The position numbers and the translations under genes were made by a program. A model generated the notes under the pieces. The model saw only the letters and a list, made by a program, of their open reading frames with translations, was not told where the DNA came from and made no database searches. A stretch of 64,000 nt of DNA from an uncultured Desulfatibacillum sp. (GTDB taxonomy: Bacteria > Desulfobacterota > Desulfobacteria > Desulfobacterales > SpSt-501): contig CAYRUF010000006.1 in NCBI GenBank assembly GCA_964427375.1, positions 38,892-102,891 of the forward strand, read 5' to 3'. Below, in pieces: positions 26,091 through 34,252 of this stretch; the stretch's first letter is position 1; each line of letters opens with the position of its first letter.

Positions 26091-27394
26091 TCGACAATCC
26101 GCTCCTCGCACCACCGGGCCGCTGCCAGCAGCTGCCCGTCAGCGCGCCGCGGGCCTACGATTTGCAGGCCGAGCGGCAGGCCGGTCGGACCTTTTCCGGC
26201 AGGGATCGTGACCGCGGGAACGCCGCAGAGCGACCAGATGGTGCAGAAGGCCGGATCCCCGGTCTGGGTCAGATCGGCGGGCGCCTCGCCGAGGGCGGGA
26301 GGAGTGATGATCCCGTCAAAGCGGCCCAGGAAAACATCCAGCTCCTCTGCCAGTCGACTCTTGCTCGCAAGCCCCCGGGCCAGGTCGGCGTCCGAAATGC
26401 CTCGGCCCTCGTCGATGAGGGCGTTCAAGCGCGGGCTGAGCCGGTCGCGGTCGCGGCCCTGCAGCTCGGCGAACACCCGCGCCCCCTCGCCGTACATGAC
26501 GGTTCGGTGCACGGCGTGGGCGTCGTTGAACGACGGGGGCAGCTCCGTCTCCTCGACCGAAGCTCCGGCCGAGCGCAGATGCGCGACCATCTTCAGGAAG
26601 TGCTCCTGAGCGCAAGGCTCCGCCAGATGCCAGACCGGCGAGCGCACGGCCGCCAGCCGCGGCGCCTGCGCCATGACGGGCACGTCGCAACCCACTCCGG
26701 CTTCCGGCTCCGCCAGCGCCGCCGCCAGGTATGCGGCGTCGGGCACGCTGCGGGTGAATACGCCCGGCTGGTCCAGGCTCGGGCTGAAGGGGTGCACGCC
26801 GTCAAGGGAGATGCAGCCCGCCGTCGGTTTGTACCCCACCACGCCGCAGAAGGCCGCGGGCCGGATCATCGAGCCGTTGGTCTGGGTGCCGACCGCTCCC
26901 GGCAGGAACCCCATGGCGACCGCCGCCGCCGATCCGCTCGAGGAGCCGCCGGGCGTGTGGGCCGGGTTCCAGGGGTTGCGGGTCTTGCCCGGGGTGAAAT
27001 AGGCGAACTCGGTGGTGACGGTCTTTCCCAGCACGAAGGCGCCGGCATCCTCGGCGCGCCGGACCAGCGCCGCCGATTGGGCCGGCACATGGCCGGCATA
27101 GATCGGCGAACCCATGGCGGTCGGAATGCCGCGGGTGGCGATGATGTCCTTGATGCCGAGGGGAATGCCGTGCAAAACGCCCGGCTTGTCTCCGGACTTC
27201 ATTTGACGGTCGGCCCGGCGCGCCAAGTCCAGCGCCCGCTGAGGGTCGATCCATTCAAACGCCTGCACGTTGCTCTCCCGCCGTTCGATGCGTGCGAGCA
27301 GCGCGCGGGTCAGCTCCTCGCTGCTGAGCTCGCCCCGGCGGATGGCCTGCACGGCTTCACGAAGCCCCATGGAATGAAGACGAGTCGTGTCCAT
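26087..27394 (-). CDS. Amidase-signature family amidase (GatA-like)
   Basis: GGSSSGSAAAVA signature. 4-nt convergent overlap with the malate synthase-like gene. Confidence 0.9.
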   Translation of the reverse strand: MDTTRLHSMGLREAVQAIRRGELSSEELTRALLARIERRESNVQAFEWIDPQRALDLARRADRQMKSGDKPGVLHGIPLGIKDIIATRGIPTAMGSPIYAGHVPAQSAALVRRAEDAGAFVLGKTVTTEFAYFTPGKTRNPWNPAHTPGGSSSGSAAAVAMGFLPGAVGTQTNGSMIRPAAFCGVVGYKPTAGCISLDGVHPFSPSLDQPGVFTRSVPDAAYLAAALAEPEAGVGCDVPVMAQAPRLAAVRSPVWHLAEPCAQEHFLKMVAHLRSAGASVEETELPPSFNDAHAVHRTVMYGEGARVFAELQGRDRDRLSPRLNALIDEGRGISDADLARGLASKSRLAEELDVFLGRFDGIITPPALGEAPADLTQTGDPAFCTIWSLCGVPAVTIPAGKGPTGLPLGLQIVGPRRADGQLLAAARWCEERIVD

Positions 27395-27438
27395 TGTTTT
27401 TCGCTCCGGTTCAGCAGGCGAGCAAAAAGTGTAAGGTG

Positions 27439-27483
27439 TTAAAGTTTAAAGAGGGCATCCGTTCATGTCACTTTAAACCTTAA
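27439..27483. promoter_or_regulatory. AT-rich 15-bp inverted repeat (13/15) upstream of the amidase gene; candidate operator
   Basis: TTAAAGTTTAAAGAG at 27439-27453 and CACTTTAAACCTTAA at 27469-27483. A third half-site GAACTTTAACC lies at about 27489-27499. Confidence 0.3.
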
Positions 27484-27561
27484 TCCTTGAACTTTAACCC
27501 GGCCATATCTGACTTTTCACAACCGATTCAACATGGTGGCATGGCCCGAACGGCCGATAAA

Positions 27562-28524
27562 TCAGGGGTTCAAGAGATTGGGCGGCTTTCCGGTGGTCAA
27601 CGCCGCCACCAGGTTCTGCGCGGCCAGCAACGCCATGGCGTGGCGGGTGGCTGCCGAGGAGCTGGCGATGTGCGGGGTCAGGACCACGTTCTTCATGGCC
27701 AAAAACTCCGGGTTCAGGGCTGGTTCGTTCTCGAAGACGTCCAGGCCGGCGCCGGCCAGCCGGCCGCTTTTCAGGGCCGCCGCCAGGGCCGCGTCGTCCA
27801 CCACGCCGCCGCGCGAGGCGTGGATGAGGATGGCTCCCGGCTTCATCTTGGCGAACTCCGGCGCCCCCATCACGTGGTGGGTCGATGATGCATAGGGCAC
27901 GTGGATGGTCAGGATGTCGGCGCGGGCCAGGAGTTCGTCCATGCCGACGTAGGCGGCGTTGCAGGCGCGCTCCGCCTCAGCGTCGGCCCGCTGGGGATCG
28001 TGGTACAGGACCGTCATGTCGAAGCCGAGCGCGCGGCGCGCCACCCGTCTTCCGATGCGTCCGAAGCCCAGGATGCCCAGCGTGGCGTGATGTACGTCCT
28101 TGCCCAGGAACTGCTTGAGGTACCACCCCTTCCACTGCCCGGCCCGTAGGTGCGCGTCGGCCTCCACTACCCTTCGAGCCGTGGACAGGATCAGCGCCCA
28201 GGTGAAATCCGCGGTGCTGTCGTCCAGGACGCCGGGCGTGTTGGTGGCCATGACGCCGGCCTGGGAGCACGCTGCCAAATCGATGTTGTTGAAGCCGACC
28301 GCGATGTTGCACACCGCTTTGAGCTGGGGGCAAGCGGCAAGGAGCTTCGCGTCCACCCGGTCCACCAGTGTCGTCATGGCGCCGGTCTTGTCGGCCAGGT
28401 TTTTGGCCAACGCCGCGGCATCCATGGGCGTATCCGCCTGGTTGTCGGTCACATCGAAGTGCTGGCGAAGATAGTCCAGCACGTCGTCGAAAACCTCGCG
28501 AGTTACCAATATTTTCGGTTTCAT
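27562..28524 (-). CDS. D-2-hydroxyacid dehydrogenase (glyoxylate/hydroxypyruvate reductase B-like)
   Basis: Start MKPKILVTR at 28524 (the track start 28560 would overlap dctM). GILGFGRIGRRVA, RGGVVDDAAL, LTPHIASS. Confidence 0.9.
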   Translation of the reverse strand: MKPKILVTREVFDDVLDYLRQHFDVTDNQADTPMDAAALAKNLADKTGAMTTLVDRVDAKLLAACPQLKAVCNIAVGFNNIDLAACSQAGVMATNTPGVLDDSTADFTWALILSTARRVVEADAHLRAGQWKGWYLKQFLGKDVHHATLGILGFGRIGRRVARRALGFDMTVLYHDPQRADAEAERACNAAYVGMDELLARADILTIHVPYASSTHHVMGAPEFAKMKPGAILIHASRGGVVDDAALAAALKSGRLAGAGLDVFENEPALNPEFLAMKNVVLTPHIASSSAATRHAMALLAAQNLVAALTTGKPPNLLNP

Positions 28525-28529
28525 TTTTT

Positions 28530-30461
28530 TTATCCTTGATACACCAGGGACGGCAGCCACAGCCCGATCTGCGGGAACACATACAGCAGGATCAGTGCGA
28601 TCACCTGGATGGCCATGTACGGCATCATCCCCATGAAGATCTGGTTCAGCGAGACGTGCGGCGGCGACACGCCCTTGAGGTAGAACGCGGCCATGGCCAC
28701 CGGCGGCGACAGGAAGGCCGTCTGCAGATTGAGCGCCACGAGCAGGCCGAAGAAAAGCGGGTCGATGTTGAAGTGGGCGAGCAGCGGGATGAAGATCGGC
28801 ATGAAGATGACGATGATCTCAGTCCATTCCAGCGGCCAGCCCAGCAGGAAGATGATGACCTGCGCCAGCAGCATGAACTGCACCGGCGTCATGTCGAGCG
28901 ATTTGACCCACGCATTGATGATCTCCTGGCCGCCGAGCAGGGCGAAGGCTGCGGCGAATATGGCCGAGCCCACGAACAGCCAGCACACCATGGCGCTGGT
29001 CTTGGCGCACAGGAACACGGATTCCTTGACCCGGCCGAAGGTGAGCTGCCGGTAGGCCGCCGCCAGCACGAACCCGCCGAAGGAGCCCATGGCCGCCGCC
29101 TCGGTCGGCGTGGCCAGGCCGACCACGATGGAGCCGAGCACCCCGAGGATCAACAGCGCCAGCGGGAAGAAGGAGCTCAGCAGCATCTTGAAGATCTCGA
29201 GCCGCACGAAGGTGAAGATCGCGTAGAAAATCAGAAGCCCGGCGGCGACAATGGCAAGCGTGACCCAATAGGCGGTCGGCACGGGCTTGCGCTCGCCCGC
29301 AGCGGTCTCCGTGGTTTGAGGATTTTCCGGCGTGGCGGCCTCAGCCGGTTTCGGACTCTCGACAGCGGTTTCGGCCGCAGCCGACGCATCAGGCTCCCCT
29401 TCAGCCGGCGGCTCCTGCAGCCCGCCGGCCTCTTCCGGCTCATCCAGATCCCCGGCCTGCTCTTGGGCCGCCCCGAAGCCCATTTCTTGCAGCTCACTTG
29501 GCACCACGTAGTCTGGAGCGGTCGCCGCAAGGTAGATCGAGCCCATCAGCAGGCCGGCCGCCAGTGCCGGCAGCAGCGCGATCAACAGGTGAGCCAACAA
29601 GGTCCGCAGCGGTACCTCGGCGTTGCGCGGGCCCTTGAGCGCGCCGATCAGACCCGCCATGACGTTCCGCCGGGTCCTGGAGATGATCTCGGCGAATTTC
29701 GGCAGATCGACCCGCTGGTCTTCCGCGGAGAGCGGCGGCGCGATGCCCGGTCTGAGTTTGGCGTTTATAACAATCCAGAGGACATACATCGTCGCCAGCA
29801 TGATGCCGGGGAAGAAGGCGCCGGCATAGAGCTGCACCACCGACACCCCGGCCGTGGCGCCGTATAAAATGAGCAGCACCGAAGGCGGGATCAGGATGCC
29901 GAGCGTGCCGCCGGCGGTTACGGAACCCGCCGCCAATCGGACGTTGTAGCCGGCCTTGAGCATGGCCGGAAACGCGAGCAAGCCCATCAGGGTTACCACG
30001 GCGCCGATGATACCCGTGGCGGTGGCGAAGACCGCACAGGTCACGACGGTGGCTACCGCCAGCGACCCGGGGATGGCCGAGGTCGCCAGGTGCAGGCTCT
30101 TGAACAGCCGCTCGATCAGGTTGGCGCGTTCGACCAGGTAGCCCATGAAAACGAAAAGCGGTACCGAAATCAGCACGTCGTTGTTCATGACCGCGTAAGC
30201 GCGCTGGACCATCAGGTCGAGCGTACGGGCCACCGCCGTCGCGGGATTGGTGCTGTAGTAGAAGAAAAAAGTGAACATCGTGCCCATGCCCATCAGGGTG
30301 AACGCCGTGGGGAACCCCAACATGATCGCGATCACGATCATGGCGAGCATCAGCAGGCCCAGGTGCCCGTTGGTCATCTGCGACGGCGGCGGCATCATCC
30401 AGAACACTCCGATCACCACCAGAGCCATGATCGAGAGGCCGAACCAGACTTCCTTTCTCAT
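28530..30461 (-). CDS. dctM: TRAP transporter large permease DctM with a 77-aa acidic/Pro-rich insertion
   Basis: 643 aa polytopic DctM-like sequence. The low-complexity insert is encoded at about 29286-29516. Confidence 0.9.
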   Translation of the reverse strand: MRKEVWFGLSIMALVVIGVFWMMPPPSQMTNGHLGLLMLAMIVIAIMLGFPTAFTLMGMGTMFTFFFYYSTNPATAVARTLDLMVQRAYAVMNNDVLISVPLFVFMGYLVERANLIERLFKSLHLATSAIPGSLAVATVVTCAVFATATGIIGAVVTLMGLLAFPAMLKAGYNVRLAAGSVTAGGTLGILIPPSVLLILYGATAGVSVVQLYAGAFFPGIMLATMYVLWIVINAKLRPGIAPPLSAEDQRVDLPKFAEIISRTRRNVMAGLIGALKGPRNAEVPLRTLLAHLLIALLPALAAGLLMGSIYLAATAPDYVVPSELQEMGFGAAQEQAGDLDEPEEAGGLQEPPAEGEPDASAAAETAVESPKPAEAATPENPQTTETAAGERKPVPTAYWVTLAIVAAGLLIFYAIFTFVRLEIFKMLLSSFFPLALLILGVLGSIVVGLATPTEAAAMGSFGGFVLAAAYRQLTFGRVKESVFLCAKTSAMVCWLFVGSAIFAAAFALLGGQEIINAWVKSLDMTPVQFMLLAQVIIFLLGWPLEWTEIIVIFMPIFIPLLAHFNIDPLFFGLLVALNLQTAFLSPPVAMAAFYLKGVSPPHVSLNQIFMGMMPYMAIQVIALILLYVFPQIGLWLPSLVYQG

Positions 30462-31084
30462 GCGCCGCCTCCCTTCTTGGCCGTCACATACTGATCCAGC
30501 TTGGCGATATCCTCATCCTTGACCTTCACCATCTCTTTCAGTTTGTCGACGTCCACCTCCTCGACGTCCTCCTGACGCGAGGGCCACTTTCCCTGCTTCA
30601 GGCAGAGGACGCAGCGGATCATCTCGACGATGCCTTGCACCAGAATGAAGGCGCCGGCGACCGGGATGACGGTCTTGAACGGGTAGATCGGCGGGCCTTC
30701 CGAGGTGATGCTCGATCGCTCCCAGATGGCCCAGGATTCCGCGGCATACGTGTAGCCGGCCCAGCACAGGGCGACCACCCCGGGAAGGAAAAAGACGAAA
30801 TACAACGTCAAATCCAGACCGGCCTGCAGCCGCGGCGGGAAAAAGCCGTAGAGCACATCGCCGCGCACGTGGCTGTTCTTTGAAAGCGCATAGGCGCCCG
30901 ACATCATGAAGAGAGTGCCGTACATCTGGAGCATCATGTCGAAGGCATAGGCATGCGGAGCGTCCAGCGCGTAACGCGAGAAGATTTCATAAGTGATGAG
31001 AAAGGTAAGCGACACGATGAGCCAGGAGAAGACCTTGCCCACAAACGTGCTGATCTTGTCGATGGTGAGCAGTATTTTCTGCAT
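30458..31084 (-). CDS. dctQ: TRAP transporter small permease DctQ
   Basis: 208 aa, 4 TM, 4-nt overlap with dctM. Confidence 0.85.
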   Translation of the reverse strand: MQKILLTIDKISTFVGKVFSWLIVSLTFLITYEIFSRYALDAPHAYAFDMMLQMYGTLFMMSGAYALSKNSHVRGDVLYGFFPPRLQAGLDLTLYFVFFLPGVVALCWAGYTYAAESWAIWERSSITSEGPPIYPFKTVIPVAGAFILVQGIVEMIRCVLCLKQGKWPSRQEDVEEVDVDKLKEMVKVKDEDIAKLDQYVTAKKGGGA

Positions 31085-31100
31085 GGTCGATCCTAATCAG

Positions 31101-31139
31101 AAATCAGCCATCCGGGTGCGAAACCCGGATGGCTGATTT
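31101..31139 (-). terminator. Perfect 17-bp stem hairpin between dctP and dctQ (intercistronic attenuator / mRNA stabiliser)
   Basis: AAATCAGCCATCCGGGT-GCGAA-ACCCGGATGGCTGATTT. Confidence 0.5.
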
Positions 31140-31157
31140 GTAATTCACCAAAATGCT

Positions 31158-32309
31158 TCAGCTTTTCTTCTTGGCGAAGTAATGGTTGTACGCCATGCGC
31201 CGGCTCACGTTGGTATCCTGGTCCCAGGGAACCGCGCGTGTGGCAAAGGCCTTCTGGGATTCAAGAATTTCCTTGAACAGGGGGTTCTCGGCCGACTTCT
31301 TGGCCGCGACCTGGTCGAAGACGTCGAGCTGCTTCTGCAGGATCGGGTCGGGGGTCTTGTAGAACTTGACCTTGTCCTTGGTCTGCAGTTCGACGTAGTC
31401 TTTGGAATAGCGGTCGATCGCCTTCCAGGACAGGTCCGCCGAGGCTGCCTCCACGGCGTTTTCGATGATGGCCTTCATCTTGTCCGGCAGGGCATTGTAC
31501 TTGGTCTTGTTGAACAGGATCTCAAACGACTCGGCGTTTTGGTGGTAGCTCTGCAGCATGCACACCTTGGACACGTCCGGGAACCCCAGTAGCCGGTCGG
31601 AGGTGGCGTTGTTGAATTCCGCGCCGTCGAGCAGGCCGCGGTCCAAGGCCGGCACGATCTCGCCGCCGGGCAGGGCGTTCACCGCCGCGCCCATGCCGGT
31701 AAAAAGGTCGATCGAAATTCCGACGGTACGGAACTTGAGGCCCTTGAGATCCTCCACCTTGGCGATCGGCTTCTTGAACCAGCCGAGCGGCTGGGTCGTC
31801 ATCGGGCCGTAGGCGAACGAAACGACGTCCGCGCCGATGGACGCATAGATCTTGGCCAGCAGCTCCTTGCCGCCGCCGTACTTGTGCCAGGACAGCAGCA
31901 TGTTGGCGTCCATGCCGAAGGCCGGGCTCGAGCCCCAGAGGGCCAGGGCGTTCTGCTTGCCGTAGTGGTAGACGAACACGCCGTGGCCGCCGTCGAGGGT
32001 GCCCTTGGACACCGCGTCCAGCAGCCCGAAGGCCGGCACCACCGCCCCGGCCGGCAGCACCTCGATCTTGAGATCCCCGCCGGTCATGTCGTTCACCTTC
32101 TTGGCGAAGTCGAGGGCGTATTCGTGAAAAATATCCTTGGTCGGCCAGGTGCTCTGCCAGCGCATGGTAATCGGCCCCTGGGCCTTGGCGACCATGGGAA
32201 AGCCCAGCGCCGCTGCTCCGGCCGCGGCCGCGGTTAGAAACCCTCTGCGGCTGACACCTTTTCTGACCTTGCCCTCTTTCTGCTTCGCACCGACTTTCTT
32301 TTCGTTCAT
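31158..32309 (-). CDS. dctP: TRAP transporter substrate-binding protein DctP with Tat signal
   Basis: SRRGFLTAAAAGAAALGFPMVAKAQG twin-arginine leader, followed by a DctP-like body. Confidence 0.9.
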   Translation of the reverse strand: MNEKKVGAKQKEGKVRKGVSRRGFLTAAAAGAAALGFPMVAKAQGPITMRWQSTWPTKDIFHEYALDFAKKVNDMTGGDLKIEVLPAGAVVPAFGLLDAVSKGTLDGGHGVFVYHYGKQNALALWGSSPAFGMDANMLLSWHKYGGGKELLAKIYASIGADVVSFAYGPMTTQPLGWFKKPIAKVEDLKGLKFRTVGISIDLFTGMGAAVNALPGGEIVPALDRGLLDGAEFNNATSDRLLGFPDVSKVCMLQSYHQNAESFEILFNKTKYNALPDKMKAIIENAVEAASADLSWKAIDRYSKDYVELQTKDKVKFYKTPDPILQKQLDVFDQVAAKKSAENPLFKEILESQKAFATRAVPWDQDTNVSRRMAYNHYFAKKKS

Positions 32310-32332
32310 AGACTTCCTCCTGGATGGTTGTT

Positions 32333-32363
32333 GCGGGCTCGTGCCCCCGAGGCCCGCCTTTTT
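32333..32363 (+). terminator. Plus-strand intrinsic-terminator-like hairpin + T5 located in the dctP 5' leader region
   Basis: GCGGGCTCG-TGCCCC-CGA(G)GCCCGC followed by CTTTTT. There is no plus-strand gene upstream. Confidence 0.35.
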
Positions 32364-32656
32364 AAGGTTGGTCCAGCTCGATGAGAGCGAATTTTATACC
32401 ATCTGCATCTCTCATGACGCTGTGCGGGAAGCCTTCCGGAATTGCCGCAAACCGCATAATCGAAGCGGAAAAAAGAGCAAGGAGCGCGGTAGCGGTGAAG
32501 GTATTAGCTACATTGTGAACCAGCAAAAATCAATAGGAATCTGAGACGAATTCAAAAAAATGATCGGCAATCAGAATAGATCACGAGCCGAATTCCTGAA
32601 TGCGCAATCCTGGTTCGGTTGACCCGTGTGTATGCAGAAATTGGACTTCCGAGGCA

Positions 32657-32700
32657 GTCGATCTTAAAATCCCCCCGCCCCCTTTGCCAAAGGGGGAGAC
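32657..32700. repeat. Hairpin repeat family 1, copy A (GTCGAT..TAAAATCCCCCCGCCCCCTTTGCCAAAGGGGGAG)
   Basis: Shares about 40 nt with 52284-52334. Palindromic core CCCCCTTTG/CAAAGGGGG. Confidence 0.65.
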
Positions 32701-32888
32701 CGAGGGAAGAAAGCTTGTCGATTTCGTTGCCGAGCAGGATGGCGCCACGCCATGTCCTGTTATTTTCGAAGTCATCATAGTTGACCATCCGCACCGACAC
32801 GCGATAAGTAATAAAACCTGACCGTCCGCCGCCATGATCCGGCCGATTGACGCAACCCACTGAAATGCAAATGGATTCGGGAGGAAGA

Positions 32889-34241
32889 ATGAATCTGTAT
32901 CGGATGCTTAGGGCAAGAGCGGAAGAAGGCAGACCCGTACGCGTGGGCGTCATCGGAGCTGGCAAGTTCAGCAGCATGTTCCTGTCCCAGGCGCGGTTGA
33001 CGCCGGGCCTGCAGCTGGTCGGGATTGCGGAACTGGACCCGGAAAAAGCCCGGCAGGCCTGCCTGCGCACGGGCTGGCCGGCGGAGGCCCTGGTCTTTGG
33101 CTCCTCGGCCGCATCCATCGCGGACGGTGCGGCGGCCGGCAAGACCGTGATCACCGGCGACGCCCGCCAGCTCATCGAGGCGCCGCTGGACGTCGTCCTG
33201 GAGATCACCGGGGTGCCCGAAGCCGGTGCGGAGCATGCCTGGCAGGCGCTTGAAAACGGCAAGCACGTCGTCATGGTGAACGTGGAAGCCGATTCCCTGC
33301 TGGGGCCGATGCTCCAGAAAAAGGCCGAGCAGACTGGGTGCGTCTATTCCATGGCCTACGGCGACCAGCCCGCCCTCATCGCGGAGCAGATCGACTGGGC
33401 GCGCGCGGTGGGGCTGGAGGTCGTCTGCGCCGGCAAGGGTACGCGCTTCCAGCCCGAATACCATTACTCGACGCCCCAGACGGTCTGGGGCCATTACGGC
33501 TTTTCGGAGGAGCGCGTGGCCTCGGGCGACTACAACGCCAAGATGTTCAATTCGTTTATCGACGGCACCAAGTCCGCGATCGAGATGTGCGCCGTGGCCA
33601 ACGGCAGCGGGCTGGTTCCGCAGCGCGGCGGGCTGCAGTTTCCGCCCGTCGGCGCGGACGATCTGCCGCAGGTCCTCAGACCCCGCGAGGCGGGGGGCAT
33701 CCTCGAGCACGGCGGCACGGTCGAAGTCGTGGCCAGCGAAAACCGCGACCGCTCGCCCGTGCCGCGCGATCTGCGCTGGGGCGTGTATGTCGTATTCCGA
33801 GCCCCCACGGAGTACGTCAAGCGCTGCTTCTCCGAATACGGCCTGCGCACCGACGCCTCGGGCGAGTTCGCCGCCTTGTACCGGCCGTATCACCTGATCG
33901 GCCTGGAGCTGGGCATCAGCGTGGCGTCGGCCGCGCTGCGGGGCGAGCCGACCGGCTCGAGCCGCGCGTTCATCGCCGACGTGGGGGCGGCCGCCAAAAA
34001 AGACCTGCAGCCCGGGGATGAGCTCGACGGCGAGGGCGGATACACCGTCTACGGCCGGCTCGTCCGTGCGTCTGAAAGCCTCGAAAAAGGCTTCCTTCCC
34101 ATGGGCCTGGCGAATCATCTCAGACTCGTGCGGCCGGTTCCGAAGGACACCCTGGTAACCTATGCCGACGTCATAATCGACGAGGGTCTCTTCTCCTGCA
34201 AGCTGCGCCGCACCATGGAAGCGAACGCCAAGAACAAATAG
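32889..34241 (+). CDS. NAD(P)-binding oxidoreductase with C-terminal SAF domain (COG4091-like, predicted homoserine-dehydrogenase-like)
   Basis: ATG 32889 after GGGAGGAAG. VRVGVIGAGKFSSMF Rossmann loop. C-terminal DLQPGDELDGEGGYTVYG is SAF-like. Confidence 0.75.
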   Translation: MNLYRMLRARAEEGRPVRVGVIGAGKFSSMFLSQARLTPGLQLVGIAELDPEKARQACLRTGWPAEALVFGSSAASIADGAAAGKTVITGDARQLIEAPLDVVLEITGVPEAGAEHAWQALENGKHVVMVNVEADSLLGPMLQKKAEQTGCVYSMAYGDQPALIAEQIDWARAVGLEVVCAGKGTRFQPEYHYSTPQTVWGHYGFSEERVASGDYNAKMFNSFIDGTKSAIEMCAVANGSGLVPQRGGLQFPPVGADDLPQVLRPREAGGILEHGGTVEVVASENRDRSPVPRDLRWGVYVVFRAPTEYVKRCFSEYGLRTDASGEFAALYRPYHLIGLELGISVASAALRGEPTGSSRAFIADVGAAAKKDLQPGDELDGEGGYTVYGRLVRASESLEKGFLPMGLANHLRLVRPVPKDTLVTYADVIIDEGLFSCKLRRTMEANAKNK

Positions 34242-34252
34242 GAGAACAGCGC

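Noticed and set aside
24075-26114. 679-aa minus-strand ORF and other long antisense ORFs (12688-14235, 14266-15903, 19912-21522, 25958-27442, 28368-29867, 32775-34346, 36195-37904, 42879-44399, 47148-48674, 52404-54161, 57569-59104, 59618-61081, 61365-62546, 62673-63986)
   Set aside because: Each mirrors a motif-bearing gene on the opposite strand and is dominated by R/G/A/P/D runs. They are treated as high-GC shadow ORFs.
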